Notes: generated by a model from the sequence alone, not told the origin. Positions 13,068 through 23,736 are shown, counted from the first letter of the stretch. The stretch: 64,000 nt of DNA from Deinococcus sp. (GCA_965261005.1 OZ253375.1:1568001-1632000), one strand, 5' to 3'. Numbers and translations: made by a program.

Positions 13068-13483
13068 TCCGCACGTCCGCCCCTCTTGTCCGCCACGGCC
13101 ATGGTCACCGTCACCACGCCGAACACCGCCCAACCCGCGAGCCAGTAGGCGAAGCCGGGCAGCGCCGGCCACTTCAGCGCCTGCTGAAGGGGATAGGACG
13201 TGCCGGCCAGCAGCATCACGGCCACAAAGGCGACGGCCGAGGCCAATTGCGTGCGGCGCTGGCCGAGTTCGTCCATCTGGCGGTAGCCGCGCCACACCAT
13301 CAGGACGATGGCCCACGGCAAGACGGTGATAAGGCCGGTGCTCACGCCGCCCAGCAAGCTCGTCCCGTCACCCCCATTCACGCGCCCCGCCAGCAGGCCC
13401 ACCGTCAAGCCCAGCGCCGAAATCAACACCACGCCGATCACGCCGCCCACCATCGCCCTGCTCACCCTGTGCTCCCGAGTCAT
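13064..13483 (-). CDS. Membrane protein, first gene of the XRE-ABC operon
   Basis: Four hydrophobic segments and a MDEL motif. AAGGAGG RBS before ATG 13483. Confidence 0.8.
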   Translation of the reverse strand: MTREHRVSRAMVGGVIGVVLISALGLTVGLLAGRVNGGDGTSLLGGVSTGLITVLPWAIVLMVWRGYRQMDELGQRRTQLASAVAFVAVMLLAGTSYPLQQALKWPALPGFAYWLAGWAVFGVVTVTMAVADKRGGRAE

Positions 13484-13496
13484 GCACATCCTCCTT

Positions 13497-13554
13497 GTCA
13501 AGTAAACTCGACTTAGGGTAAAGCGAGCTGTTCTAAAAGTCAAGTTAGGTTGAC
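13497..13554. promoter_or_regulatory. Three phased operator-like sites (GTCAAG-N4-CTTGAC-like)
   Basis: GTCAAGTAAACTCGAC at 13497, GTAAAGCGAGCTGTTC at 13518 and GTCAAGTTAGGTTGAC at 13539; exact 21-bp period upstream of the XRE operon. Confidence 0.7.
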
Positions 13555-13598
13555 AAGGCGGAGCGATAAAAATCCTGGCAGCGACCGGGGAACACACG

Positions 13599-14276
13599 TT
13601 ACAGCTGGTGCGAAAAGGTCGGCACCGGTGGAGCGGGTTCGTCTTCGTCTGTTTCGGACGTTCCCAGTTCACGTGGCGCCGGCCCCTCGCCCGCGAGTTC
13701 GGCCTCGTGGTGGCGGGCCAGCTCGCCGAAGCCTTGCAGCAGGGCGCGGTACTGAGCCAGGAACTGGGCGCGCTCGGCGCGCAAACGGGAGAGGCTGTTC
13801 TCCAGCTCGGTGCGGCGGGCCATCGCCTCGGATTCTATGGCGCTGGCGCGGGTTTGGTGCCGCTGCTCCAGCTCGGCCTGGCGGGCGCGGTAGGTCGCCT
13901 CCAGCTGCTCGTGGCGCAACTTGTACTGCTGCTCCAGCTCGCCGCCCGCGCTGCGCGCCTCGGCGTGGACGCGGTCGCGCTCGACTTCCGCCCCCCGCAG
14001 CATCAGCTCCGCCTCCTTTTGGGCGCCGGCGCGCATCTCGGCGCCGATGCGCTCGGCGGCGACCAGGGTGCGCCTCAATTCGTCCTCGGCGGCGCGGTAT
14101 TGCTCGATGCGCCGCTCGCTCTCCCCCAGCCTTTCTTGCAAGGTCTGCTGGTCGCGCAGCAGCTGCTCGAATTGGTCGGAAAGCCCGGCCAGGTAAGCGC
14201 GCACGGCGGCGCGGTGGTAACCCCTGACGCCGGCAGCGAACTCTTGGTGGCGGATGTCCAGCGGTGTGATGTTCAT
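13599..14276 (-). CDS. divIVA: DivIVA domain protein
   Basis: MNITPLDIRHQEFAAGVRGYHRAAVRAYL followed by coiled coil; lies downstream of yggS. Confidence 0.9.
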   Translation of the reverse strand: MNITPLDIRHQEFAAGVRGYHRAAVRAYLAGLSDQFEQLLRDQQTLQERLGESERRIEQYRAAEDELRRTLVAAERIGAEMRAGAQKEAELMLRGAEVERDRVHAEARSAGGELEQQYKLRHEQLEATYRARQAELEQRHQTRASAIESEAMARRTELENSLSRLRAERAQFLAQYRALLQGFGELARHHEAELAGEGPAPRELGTSETDEDEPAPPVPTFSHQL

Positions 14277-14914
14277 GAAAAGATCGCCCTCCCCACCCGC
14301 ACCAAGGTGGCGCCGCACGCCACGGCCACGGGGTAGTCGTCGCTCATGCCCATGCTCAGCTCGGGCAGGCCCAGGTCCCCGGCGAGGGCGGCCACCTGCC
14401 GGAACACCCGTTCGGCGGCCTCCAGGTCCCCCTCCGGCGCCATCACCATCAGACCGCGCACCGTGAGGCCCATCCCCGACACCGCATGGTACAACGCCCC
14501 CACTTCTCCCGGCGGGCAGCCGTGCTTTTGCGCCTCGCCGTTGTGGACTTGCAGCAAGGTGGCGGGCGCCCCGCCCCACTCGCCGGCGAGGCGGGCCAAC
14601 TCGCGGGCGTGCTCCGGGCGGAACAGCGAGTGGACCAGCGCCACGCCGCGCAGGTACTTGAGCTTGTTGGTCTGAAGGGTGCCCAGGAAGTGCCACTCCT
14701 GCGCGCCCACACGCTCCTCCAATTCGCGCCGCTTGTCGCGCAGCTCCTGCCCCCGGCTCTCACCCAGGGGAAAGCGGCCGTGGGCGAGGACCGCCGCCTC
14801 GACTTCGGTTGCCGAGTGGCCTTTGGTCACGGCGATCAGGCGCGCGCTGCCGGGGGGCCGGCCGGCGTCCGACTCGGCCGCGCGCAGGTTACCTAACACC
14901 TCTGACAAGCTCAT
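14273..14914 (-). CDS. yggS: PLP homeostasis protein, YggS family
   Basis: LIAVTK, LGESRGQE, WHFLGTLQTNK, GLMVMAP, LSMGMSDDY, VRVGRAIF. Confidence 0.93.
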   Translation of the reverse strand: MSLSEVLGNLRAAESDAGRPPGSARLIAVTKGHSATEVEAAVLAHGRFPLGESRGQELRDKRRELEERVGAQEWHFLGTLQTNKLKYLRGVALVHSLFRPEHARELARLAGEWGGAPATLLQVHNGEAQKHGCPPGEVGALYHAVSGMGLTVRGLMVMAPEGDLEAAERVFRQVAALAGDLGLPELSMGMSDDYPVAVACGATLVRVGRAIFS

Positions 14915-14927
14915 GCCGACGCCCTCA

Positions 14928-15761
14928 TCACAGCTCGGCCAGCACGCCGCGCAGCAGGCCGGACAACTTACCGGCGCTCTCCCCCGCCACGCGGATCACG
15001 TCCTGCTCGCCGGCGTGCTCGTCACGCTCGGGAATGGCGAGGTCGGTGATGGTGGACAAGCCGACCACCCGCGCGCCCAGGTGGCGCGCCGCCGTCACCT
15101 CGTGGACGGTGCTCATGCCGATGGCGTCCGCGCCCAGCAGCCGGTAAGCGGCCAGCTCGGCGCGGGTGGCGTAGCTGGGGCCGGAGATGCCGACGTAGAC
15201 GCCGTCGCGCAGTTCCTGGTCCTGGGCGCGCGCCACGCGCTTCACCAGATCGCGCAGCCCCGCGTCATACGCCCCGAACAGCACCGGAAAGCGCTCGCCC
15301 CAGCGGTCCTCGTTGGGGCCGGAGAGGATGTTCACGCCCGAGAAGTTTAGAAAGTCGCGGTGCAGCATCAAGTCCCCCGCCGCCCACTCGGCGCGCAGGC
15401 CCCCGGCGGCCGAGGTGATGACGAAGGTGCGCGCCCCCAGCGCGTGGGCGAGGCGCACCGGAAAGACCACGCCGGCGGGCGGGTGCCCCTCGTACAGATG
15501 GGCGCGCCCCTGAAAGGCGATCACCCGCCGCCCGGCCAACTCGCCCAGCAGCAGGCGTCCGGCGTGGCCCGGCGCGGTGGAGGCGGGAAAGTGTGGGATG
15601 TCCCGGTACTCGAAGACGGCCGCGTTCTCGATCTCGTCCGCGAGGCCGCCGAGGCCCGAACCCAGCGTCAAGCTGATGTCGGGCGCCAAGTCGGTTCGGC
15701 CCCGGACGAAGTCGCGCGCCTCCATCACGTCGTCGTACAGGTTGGATTGGCGTTCGGTCAT
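14928..15761 (-). CDS. Purine-nucleoside phosphorylase (trimeric type)
   Basis: LGSGLG, IPHFP..TAPGHAG, QGRAHLYEG, GPSY, GADAIGMSTVHE. Confidence 0.93.
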   Translation of the reverse strand: MTERQSNLYDDVMEARDFVRGRTDLAPDISLTLGSGLGGLADEIENAAVFEYRDIPHFPASTAPGHAGRLLLGELAGRRVIAFQGRAHLYEGHPPAGVVFPVRLAHALGARTFVITSAAGGLRAEWAAGDLMLHRDFLNFSGVNILSGPNEDRWGERFPVLFGAYDAGLRDLVKRVARAQDQELRDGVYVGISGPSYATRAELAAYRLLGADAIGMSTVHEVTAARHLGARVVGLSTITDLAIPERDEHAGEQDVIRVAGESAGKLSGLLRGVLAEL

Positions 15762-15954
15762 GCGCCCCATTGTGGGGCCGCCGGGCGGGGGGGGCAAGCC
15801 GCGCGCCGCCCCTTCAAACGCCCCTTCACGCTTCTCAGCGGGTTTCTGGGGAGTGTTGTGTGGCGCCGGGCATAAAATGGGCTGCACCGCACGTTTTGGG
15901 CGTTTGGCCGCCGCACGGCCACGCGCCCCACGACATCCGGCATTCTGGAGGCAT

Positions 15955-18504
15955 ATGCACAAACCCCTCGCGTTTTCTTCCGCCACGATTCTGACGGCCT
16001 CCTTGCTGACCCTGCCGCCGGCCCTGGCCCAAAGCGCCGCCCAAAGTGCTGCGGTCCTGGACCAGATTCAGGTGGTCGGGGCCAGCGACCTGCTCGCCAA
16101 CTTTCTCAAGGCGTCCTTGCAAGAGCAGCCCGGCCAAGCGCTGTCGCAGGTGAATCCTAAGGCGGTCGAGCAGGAGGCGCTGGCGACCGGCTTTTTCAAG
16201 ACGGCCACGGCGGAACTGCGCCCTGAGAACGGCCAGCAGGTGCTGGTGGTCACGGTGGTGCCCAACCCGGAAGTCGCGGCCGTCACGGTCACGGGCGCCG
16301 AGTTCGTGCCCGCCGATCAGATCAAGACGTTTTTGTCGGACAACCTCAACATCGCCCCCGGCGCGACCCTCAACACCGCGCGCGTCGAGGACAGCAGGCG
16401 GCAACTCCAGCAAGCCTACCGTCAGGCCGGGCTGCCCTTTTCGCCGGCGGTCAGCGCGCAGATCAGCGAGACCAAGACCGGCGCGACGGTCGCCTACACC
16501 GTCTCCGAAACGGCCCCCGTGAAGCGCGTCGAGGTGACCGGCGCGGGTCAGCTGTCCGCCGACACCATTCGCGCCGCCTTTCAACCCTTGGTAAATGGGG
16601 GCAACTTCAGCGCGCCGCTGTACCAGCAGGCGGTGCAGGCCATCGCCGACGCCTACGGCCAGCAGGGGTTGCGCGGCAGCGTGGACGCCGGGGCCAGCAG
16701 CTTGCAGAACGGCACCCTCAAGGTGGTCGTGCGGGAACTGCGGGTGGGCAGCGTGGACACGGGCGCCCTCGGAAGCGTGAACGTACCCCTCGCCAGCAAA
16801 CCGGGCGAGCTGTTCAAAATTGCCAATGTCAGCGCCGACGTGCGCGCCCTGTCGAACGCCACCGGCAAGGCCGTGGGCACCAACTACCTGAGCGACCCGA
16901 ATGACCCCGCCCGCGTGAACGTCGCCTTTGTGCCGGGGGACCAAGCGACCGGCCCCATCAAGGAGGTGCGCATCGCGGGCGCGACGGTCGTGCCGGTGGC
17001 GGACCTCGCAAAGGCGCTGAAGGAGCGCCTGGGCGACGTGTACACCCCGCAGCTGGCGCAAGAGGACTACCTCAATTTGCAGCAGGTCTACCGCGCGCGC
17101 GGCTTCGAGATCCTGACCACCCCCGACCCGATCAGCTTTCAGGGCGGCGTGCTGACCTTTCACGTGCGCGAGGCGCGGCTGGCCGGCTACCAACTGCGCT
17201 GGCAAGGCGGCCACAACACCTCCGACCGGGTGGTGCTGCGCGAGTTGCCCGACGCGGGCGGCGTCCTCAACACGGGCACGCTGCGTCAAGCGGTCGTCAA
17301 CAGGATCGGCCGCCTGGGCTTCGTGGTCCCCGTGGGCGAACAGTTCGTGCCCGACCCCCAGGACCCGCAGCAAGTCACCTACGTCCTGACCTTGCAGGAG
17401 AAGAGCGGCAACTCGTTTTCGCCTGGCTTTTCCTACGACACGCTGTCCGGCGCCAGCGGCGACGTCTCCTTGTCGGGCAACAACTTGTTCGGCCTGGGGC
17501 ACAGCTACAGCGCCTCGCTGAGCGCCAACCCCAGCACCGTGGGCGAGTACCTGTCGCTGAGCGCCTCGTACACCATCCCGTGGCTGGACTTCGACTTTCT
17601 TGACTTTCGCAGGAACCGCACCTCGCTGAGCCTGAGCGCCTACACCCAGGCCACGCCCAAACTCCCCATCGTGGACCCGGCCACCGGCGGGGCTTCGGGG
17701 CGCACCTACACCACCCGCGCCACCGGCTTCGGCGTCGGGCTGGGCCGCGCGCTCACGCCCACCTTGTCGGCCAGCGTCAACGTCACGACCCAGTACAGCC
17801 ACAGCGCGCTGGAGCCGCTGGCGGTGGACAACCCCACCCTGCCCAGCGACCCCGCCGACCCCAACTCGGCCGAAAACCTGACGCCCAGGCCCGGCCTGAC
17901 CACCGTGTTCGGCGTCGGCCTCGCCTTTGACGACGTCAATTACCCCGACTTCCCGACGTCCGGCCAGCGCGCCACCGCGAACGCCGGCTACGGCTTCGGC
18001 CGCGAGGGCGACACCCCGCTGAGCTGGACGCAATACGACGCGGGCGGCCGTACCTACCTCGGCTTCGGGCAGACCTTGCCGGACGGCAACCGGCAGCAGG
18101 CCGTGGCGGCGCGCGTGAACGCCGGCACCCTGGTCGGCAACGCGCCGGCCAGCCGCTACTTCAACGTGGGCGGCAGCGACCCTTCGGAGCGCTTCACGCT
18201 GCTCGGCTACGACGCCAACCGCTTCAACGGCCCCAACTTCTTCACGTCCAGCGTGGAGTACCGCTACAACTTCAACGTCAATACCAGCTTCTCACAGGGC
18301 TTATACGGCGTCGCCTTTGTGAACGTCGGCGACGCTTGGGGCGCCGTTCCCAACGACTTCGCGATGCACTTCGGCTACGGCGTGGGCGTGCAGGTCAACC
18401 TCGGCATCGGCAGCTTTCTGTTGCCCGCGCTGCGCTTCGACTACGCCTTTAGCCCGGAAAACCCCAGGGGCCGCTTCTTCTTCCGTTTGGGCAACTTCTT
18501 TTAA
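15955..18504 (+). CDS. Omp85/BamA family outer-membrane protein with POTRA domains
   Basis: Signal peptide, repeated POTRA-like units and a beta-barrel ending RFFFRLGNFF. GGAGG RBS. Confidence 0.88.
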   Translation: MHKPLAFSSATILTASLLTLPPALAQSAAQSAAVLDQIQVVGASDLLANFLKASLQEQPGQALSQVNPKAVEQEALATGFFKTATAELRPENGQQVLVVTVVPNPEVAAVTVTGAEFVPADQIKTFLSDNLNIAPGATLNTARVEDSRRQLQQAYRQAGLPFSPAVSAQISETKTGATVAYTVSETAPVKRVEVTGAGQLSADTIRAAFQPLVNGGNFSAPLYQQAVQAIADAYGQQGLRGSVDAGASSLQNGTLKVVVRELRVGSVDTGALGSVNVPLASKPGELFKIANVSADVRALSNATGKAVGTNYLSDPNDPARVNVAFVPGDQATGPIKEVRIAGATVVPVADLAKALKERLGDVYTPQLAQEDYLNLQQVYRARGFEILTTPDPISFQGGVLTFHVREARLAGYQLRWQGGHNTSDRVVLRELPDAGGVLNTGTLRQAVVNRIGRLGFVVPVGEQFVPDPQDPQQVTYVLTLQEKSGNSFSPGFSYDTLSGASGDVSLSGNNLFGLGHSYSASLSANPSTVGEYLSLSASYTIPWLDFDFLDFRRNRTSLSLSAYTQATPKLPIVDPATGGASGRTYTTRATGFGVGLGRALTPTLSASVNVTTQYSHSALEPLAVDNPTLPSDPADPNSAENLTPRPGLTTVFGVGLAFDDVNYPDFPTSGQRATANAGYGFGREGDTPLSWTQYDAGGRTYLGFGQTLPDGNRQQAVAARVNAGTLVGNAPASRYFNVGGSDPSERFTLLGYDANRFNGPNFFTSSVEYRYNFNVNTSFSQGLYGVAFVNVGDAWGAVPNDFAMHFGYGVGVQVNLGIGSFLLPALRFDYAFSPENPRGRFFFRLGNFF

Positions 18505-18514
18505 GAGCGCAACC

Positions 18515-18551
18515 GGGAAGGGGAAGGGGGGTCGGCGCCCTTTCCCTTCCC
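18515..18551. terminator. Terminator-like hairpin after the Omp85 gene
   Basis: GGGAAGGGGAAGGG...CCCTTTCCCTTCCC between convergent genes. Confidence 0.65.
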
Positions 18552-18610
18552 TTGAAAAACATAAAGGAGGCGAGGGCGTCGCAGGCGTCGATAATCTGCC
18601 GTGGCCGGCC

Positions 18611-20314
18611 CTACTTCACCAGCACCGGGTACAAGTCCACCGCGTTGCCGGGGCGCACGTCGGTTTTGCTGGCCACGCCAATCTGCACACCGGACTTGCC
18701 CTGAAGGGCGTTGAGAAAGCTGAGCGTCTCGGCCTGACTCAGGCCGCCGTTTTGGATGTTCTCGGGCGGCACGCCGCGCCGCTGAAGGTCAATGACGGCG
18801 TCGGTGACCAGGCCGAGCAGCTGTTCGCGCATCTGGTCAAAGCCGCCGCCCGCGATGCGGCCCGCGCGGATCACCTCATCCCGGCGGTACAGCAGCTTGT
18901 TGGGAAAAGCCTCGGCCATCAAGGTGACGGGAAAGCCCTGCACGGCGTTGGTCTTGGAGCGGAAGACCACCAGCGCCGAGCTGTTCAGGGCGCGCACGTC
19001 GGCGCGCAGCTTTTCCAAGTCCACCTGAGAGATGTCGGCGGGCGGGTTGCCCTTGGCGCCGCGCAGCAGCGCCTTGGCCCGCGCGCCCGCGACCGCGTCC
19101 GGCACGTTGAGCACCGAGGCCACCACCTGGGTGCCGACCAGAGCGCCCTTTTCGTAGAGCAGGTCGCCCGCCTTGGTCGCGCTCAGCTCGGTGGTCACGC
19201 GCGCCACGTCGCCGGCCAGGCGCGCCTTGTCGGCTTGGGCGCTTTGCAGTCCCTGGCGCAGCACGTCGTTTTGCTGCACCAGGGCGTCGCGCACGGCCTG
19301 CTGGGCCTTGGCCTCGCGCTGGGCCTGGTCGCGCTCGCGCCGCAACTGGTCGCGCGCGCCGCTCAGGGTCTGGTTTTGCTGCTTGAGCTGTTGGGCCTGG
19401 GTCTGGAGGCCCTTCAGCTGCGTTTGCAGGGTCTTTTGCTGCGCGAACAAGGTGTCGGCGTCGTTGCGCGCGCTTTGGGCCAGGGCGTCGGCGCTTTGCT
19501 TGGCTTGTTGGGCGGCGGCGGCCTTTTGGCCGAGGTCGGCGCGCACGGCCTCCAGGTCCCTCACCTGCGACGTGAGGGCGGCGAGGCGGGCGCGCGCCCC
19601 CTTGAGGGCGCCCTCGGCGGCGGCGGCCTTGCGCGCCAACTCGTCGCGTCGCGCGTTCAAATCGGTCAGCTTTGCTTGAAGCGCGGCCGTTTCGCGCGCG
19701 GCGGCGTCGCGCTGGGCGAGGGCTTCCTCGCGGGCCTGCTGGCTGGCGCGCGCCGCCCCCGCCGCCTGGTCGCGCTGGGCCACCGCCCGGTCGCGCTGGA
19801 CGCTGGCGGCGTCGCGCGCCAAGAGGGCCGCGTCGCGCGCCCCCGTGCTGACCTGGACCGCCTTTTCGGCGGCGTCGCGCGCCAAGAGGGCCGCGCCCAA
19901 GCCCGCCTCCGCCTCGCCACGCGCCCGCTGCGCCGCGTCGCGCTCCAGCACCGCCCGCTCGCGCTCGCCCTTGAGGGCGTTCGCCTCGCCGCGCGCGCTT
20001 TCCAGCTGAGAGCGGGTCTGCTCGACCGTCCGCTCCAGGGCGGCGCGCTGGCGGTTCAGGTCAATCAATTGAGAACGCAACTGATCGGCCTGGGCGATGT
20101 TGCGCAGCGCTTGGCGGTTGAGCAGCCCGAAGGCGAGCACCGAGAAAAAGCTGATGGCCATGCCCGAGGCGACCGCCACGATCAGGGCGGTCGTCTTGGG
20201 CCGCAGGCCGAACAGCCGCAAATGCCGGCGTCCGGTGCGGCGCGCGATCACGTCCGCCGCGTAGGCCACAAAGCCCGACAGCAGCACCACAAAGGCGAGA
20301 AAAACCAGAAACAC
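18611..20314 (-). CDS. DUF3084-like membrane-anchored coiled-coil protein
   Basis: N-terminal VAYAADVIARRTGRRHLRLFGLRPKTTA with TM segments, then a long coiled coil; downstream of lptB. Confidence 0.8.
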   Translation of the reverse strand: MFLVFLAFVVLLSGFVAYAADVIARRTGRRHLRLFGLRPKTTALIVAVASGMAISFFSVLAFGLLNRQALRNIAQADQLRSQLIDLNRQRAALERTVEQTRSQLESARGEANALKGERERAVLERDAAQRARGEAEAGLGAALLARDAAEKAVQVSTGARDAALLARDAASVQRDRAVAQRDQAAGAARASQQAREEALAQRDAAARETAALQAKLTDLNARRDELARKAAAAEGALKGARARLAALTSQVRDLEAVRADLGQKAAAAQQAKQSADALAQSARNDADTLFAQQKTLQTQLKGLQTQAQQLKQQNQTLSGARDQLRRERDQAQREAKAQQAVRDALVQQNDVLRQGLQSAQADKARLAGDVARVTTELSATKAGDLLYEKGALVGTQVVASVLNVPDAVAGARAKALLRGAKGNPPADISQVDLEKLRADVRALNSSALVVFRSKTNAVQGFPVTLMAEAFPNKLLYRRDEVIRAGRIAGGGFDQMREQLLGLVTDAVIDLQRRGVPPENIQNGGLSQAETLSFLNALQGKSGVQIGVASKTDVRPGNAVDLYPVLVK

Positions 20315-20321
20315 GCGGGAC

Positions 20322-21095
20322 CTACAGCTCGAAGTCTTCGCCCAAGTAGCGCGAGCGCACGTCGGGGTTTTGCCAAAACGCCTCGGGGGTGCCCTCGAAG
20401 GTCACGTGGCCGTCGAACATCAGGTAGACCCGGTCGGCCAGGGCGATGGTCTCGCGCACGTTGTGGTCGGTGATAAAGACGCCCAGGCCGCGCCGCCCGC
20501 GCAACTCCTGAATCAGGCGCTGAATCTCGCGCACGCTCTTGGGGTCCACGCCGGTGAACGGTTCGTCGAGCAGGATGAAGTCGGGATCGGTGGTCAGGGC
20601 GCGCGCGATCTCAAGGCGCCGCCGCTCGCCGCCGGAGAGGGCCACCGCGAGGTTGTTCGCGAGGGCGCTCAGCCCGAACTCTTCGAGCAACTGGTCGGCG
20701 CGCCGCTCCTGCTCGGCCCGGGTGAGGTGCTGGTACTCCAAAATGGCCATCAAATTGTCGCGGGCGGTCATGCGGCGAAAGGCGCTCGGCTCCTGCGGCA
20801 GGTACCCGAGGCCCAGGCGGGCGCGTTTGTGCATAGGCAGCTTGGTCACGTCCGCGCCGGACAGGCGGATTTCCCCCGCGCCCGGGCGCACAAAGCCCAC
20901 CATCATGTAAAAGGTGGTCGTCTTGCCGGCGCCGTTGGGACCCAGCAGCGCGACGATCTCGCCGCGCGCGATGGACAGGTCCACGCCGCGCACCACCGTT
21001 CGGCGGCCGTAGGTCTTGACCAGGCCCCGCGCGTTGAGGGTCGGCGGCGTGGACGGCGTGCTTACCGGGGGCGCGGCGGGGACGGGGACGGTCAT
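20322..21095 (-). CDS. lptB: LptB-family ABC ATP-binding protein
   Basis: [59 protein letters not shown]. Confidence 0.93.
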   Translation of the reverse strand: MTVPVPAAPPVSTPSTPPTLNARGLVKTYGRRTVVRGVDLSIARGEIVALLGPNGAGKTTTFYMMVGFVRPGAGEIRLSGADVTKLPMHKRARLGLGYLPQEPSAFRRMTARDNLMAILEYQHLTRAEQERRADQLLEEFGLSALANNLAVALSGGERRRLEIARALTTDPDFILLDEPFTGVDPKSVREIQRLIQELRGRRGLGVFITDHNVRETIALADRVYLMFDGHVTFEGTPEAFWQNPDVRSRYLGEDFEL

Positions 21096-21164
21096 GGTTA
21101 AGAAAACTCTAGCATGGCGGGGTTGGGGCGCTGTGAGCGGCTTTACCGAGAGAAGTTCGGAGAG

Positions 21165-21202
21165 AAAGACGCCGCCGGGCACGTCTGCCCGGCGGCGTCT
21201 TT
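21165..21202. terminator. Intrinsic terminator after the Zn-dependent dehydrogenase
   Basis: AAAGACGCCGCCGGGCA-cgtc-TGCCCGGCGGCGTCTTT. Confidence 0.85.
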
Positions 21203-21212
21203 TGGGGTCAGC

Positions 21213-22415
21213 TCACATTCCCGGAACCAGCTCCACCTTCATCCAGCCCGGCTGCCGCTCGTCGAAGGCTTTATAGGCCGAAATCACGTCGGACATCTCC
21301 TCCACCTTGGTCAGGATGGCCTCGGGGTCGAGGGTGCCCTGCTGCACCAAGTCGAGCAGCATGGGGATGTACTTGCGGTGGTTGCAGTTGCCCATGTTGA
21401 TGGTGAGGTTCTTGTTCATGGCCGCGCCGATGGGAAAGCTCTGCATGGTGGGCGGGTACACGCCGATGATCGATAAGGTGCCCGCCTTGGCGAGGGCCTG
21501 CACCGCCCACTCCAGCACTTGGCTGGGCGCGTCGCCGGCGTTCCAGGCAGTGCCTTCCGGGGCCACCTGGCCCAGCTCCCGCTGGAAAGCCTGCTCCTCT
21601 TGCTGGGCCTTTTGCGCCGCCGGCCCCGAGTGGGCGTGCTTGGCGTCCACGCCCACGGCGTCAATAACGCGGTCCACGCCGATGCCGCCCGTCAGGCGCT
21701 TCAGGGCCTCGACCGGGTCCTCCTCGTCGAAGTTGATGGTCTCGGCCCCTTGGTAGCGGGCCATGTCCAGGCGCGAGGGAATGCGGTCAATCGCGAAGAC
21801 CCGGCCCGCGTTCATCAGCTTGGCGCTGGTGATGGCGAACTGCCCCACCGGCCCGCAGCCGAAGACCGCCACGGTGTCGCCCGGATCGATCTCGGCCAGG
21901 TCGGCGCCGAAGTAGCCGGTCGGAAAGATGTCCGAGATCAGGATGGCCTGCTGGTCGGTCACGTTGTCCGGAATCTTGACCAGATTGGTCGCCGCGTAGA
22001 GGACCCGCGCCTTTTCGGCCTGAAGCCCTTGAATGGGGCCGCTGTCCTTGGGACCGCCGTAAAAGGCGGTGCCGGCCGAGGGGCCGTTGGGGTTGGCGTT
22101 GTCGCACTGGGCGTAGTAGCCCGCGCGGCAGTACGAGCAGTACCCGCAGCCGATGGTCGAGGGAATCACCACCCGGTCGCCGGGCCGGAAGTTGCGCACG
22201 TCCGCGCCCACCTGCTCGACAATACCCACCGCCTCGTGCCCGATAATGGTTCCCGGCACCATGTCGCTGAAGGTGCCGCGCACGAAGTGAAGGTCGGTGC
22301 CGCAAATGGCGCTCGCCGTGATACGCACGATGGCGTCGGTGGGCTGCTGAATCTGAGGCTCGGGAACGTCGTCCAGGCGAATGTCTCCAATGCCGTGCCA
22401 AACCACTGCTTTCAT
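21213..22415 (-). CDS. Zn-dependent alcohol/formaldehyde dehydrogenase (MDR family)
   Basis: ICGTDLH, GHEAVG, CGYCSYC...C, SDIFPTG, GCGPVG. Confidence 0.93.
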   Translation of the reverse strand: MKAVVWHGIGDIRLDDVPEPQIQQPTDAIVRITASAICGTDLHFVRGTFSDMVPGTIIGHEAVGIVEQVGADVRNFRPGDRVVIPSTIGCGYCSYCRAGYYAQCDNANPNGPSAGTAFYGGPKDSGPIQGLQAEKARVLYAATNLVKIPDNVTDQQAILISDIFPTGYFGADLAEIDPGDTVAVFGCGPVGQFAITSAKLMNAGRVFAIDRIPSRLDMARYQGAETINFDEEDPVEALKRLTGGIGVDRVIDAVGVDAKHAHSGPAAQKAQQEEQAFQRELGQVAPEGTAWNAGDAPSQVLEWAVQALAKAGTLSIIGVYPPTMQSFPIGAAMNKNLTINMGNCNHRKYIPMLLDLVQQGTLDPEAILTKVEEMSDVISAYKAFDERQPGWMKVELVPGM

Positions 22416-22516
22416 AACTTCCTCCTGGGCGCATTCCAGCGTTCCAGCATGAGGGGAGCGGGGGCATTTGGGTTGGGCTGAGGTAAAGACCAGAAACGCT
22501 AAACTCGGGGGATGGC

Positions 22517-22560
22517 GAACCCCTCACCCCCGACCCCTCTCCCGCAAGGGGAGAGGGGAG
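22517..22560. repeat. REP-like intergenic hairpin repeat, copy 1
   Basis: GAACCCCTCACCCCCGACCCCTCTCCCGCAAGGGGAGAGGGGAG; near-identical copy at 28057. Confidence 0.85.
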
Positions 22561-22571
22561 CTTAAGGACTT

Positions 22572-23723
22572 ATGAAATTTGTCGTCGTTGTGCTCGACTC
22601 GGTGGGCGTGGGGGCGTTGCCGGACGCCGGCCAGTTCGGCGACGCGGGGGCGCACACCCTGAACCACACGCTTAAACAAACGGGCGCAGCGCTGCCCAAC
22701 TTGGCGCGGCTGGGCCTGGGGCGCGTGCCGGGCGTGCAGCTGCCTGTTCCTGAAGTCATTGGCGCTTACGGCCGCATGCGCGAGGTCTCCCCCGGCAAGG
22801 ACACCACCACCGGCCACTGGGAGTTCATGGGCGTGCAAATGGAGTATCCCTTCAAGACGTTTCCGGACGGCTTTCCGCCGGCGGTGATGGAGCGGTTCTC
22901 ACGAGAAATCGGGCGCAGCTACCTGTGCAACAAGCCTTACAGCGGCACCGAGGTGATCAAAGACTACGGCAAGGCCCATTTGGCGAGCGGCGATCCCATC
23001 GTCTATACCAGCGCCGACAGCGTGTTTCAGGTGGCGGCCCATCTGGACGTGGTGCCGATAGAAACGCTGTACGCCTGGTGCCGCGCGGCGCGGGACATCC
23101 TGATGGGCGAGTACGCCGTGGCGCGGGTGATCGCGCGGCCCTTTCGTGGGGCCTACCCGTTTGAGCGGGCGAACGAGCTGAGGCGGGACTTCTCGCTCGC
23201 CCCGCCGAAGAACGTGTTGGACGCTTTAAAGGCGGCCGGCAAAGACGTGATCGGGGTGGGCAAGATTCCCGACATCTACGACCACCGGGGCTTTTCGGAG
23301 GAGATTCACACGGACGACAACGCCGACGGCGTGCAAAAGACGCTCGACCGCCTGAGACAAGACTTCGACGGGCTGCTGATGACCAACCTGGTGGACTTCG
23401 ACGCCAAGTACGGCCACCGCCGCGACCCGGGGGGCTACGCAAAAGCGCTCAAAGCCTTCGACGACCGTTTGCCGGAATTGCTGGCGGCGTTGCCAAAAGG
23501 CGGCGCCCTGATCCTGGTCTCCGACCACGGCAACGACCCCACTTGGCCCGGCAGCGACCACACCAGGGAGTACGGTTTGCTGCTGGCGTGGCGCCCCGGC
23601 ATGGTCGGAGGCAGCGACCTGGGCGAGCGGGCCAGCTTCGCCGACCTGGGCGCGACGGTGGCGCGGGCGCTGGGCGTGACTTGGAACGGGCCGGGCGAGA
23701 GCTTCTGGGAGGCGCTGTTATGA
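22572..23723 (+). CDS. deoB: Phosphopentomutase
   Basis: [54 protein letters not shown]. Confidence 0.96.
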   Translation: MKFVVVVLDSVGVGALPDAGQFGDAGAHTLNHTLKQTGAALPNLARLGLGRVPGVQLPVPEVIGAYGRMREVSPGKDTTTGHWEFMGVQMEYPFKTFPDGFPPAVMERFSREIGRSYLCNKPYSGTEVIKDYGKAHLASGDPIVYTSADSVFQVAAHLDVVPIETLYAWCRAARDILMGEYAVARVIARPFRGAYPFERANELRRDFSLAPPKNVLDALKAAGKDVIGVGKIPDIYDHRGFSEEIHTDDNADGVQKTLDRLRQDFDGLLMTNLVDFDAKYGHRRDPGGYAKALKAFDDRLPELLAALPKGGALILVSDHGNDPTWPGSDHTREYGLLLAWRPGMVGGSDLGERASFADLGATVARALGVTWNGPGESFWEALL

Positions 23724-23736
23724 ACGGAAACCGGGC

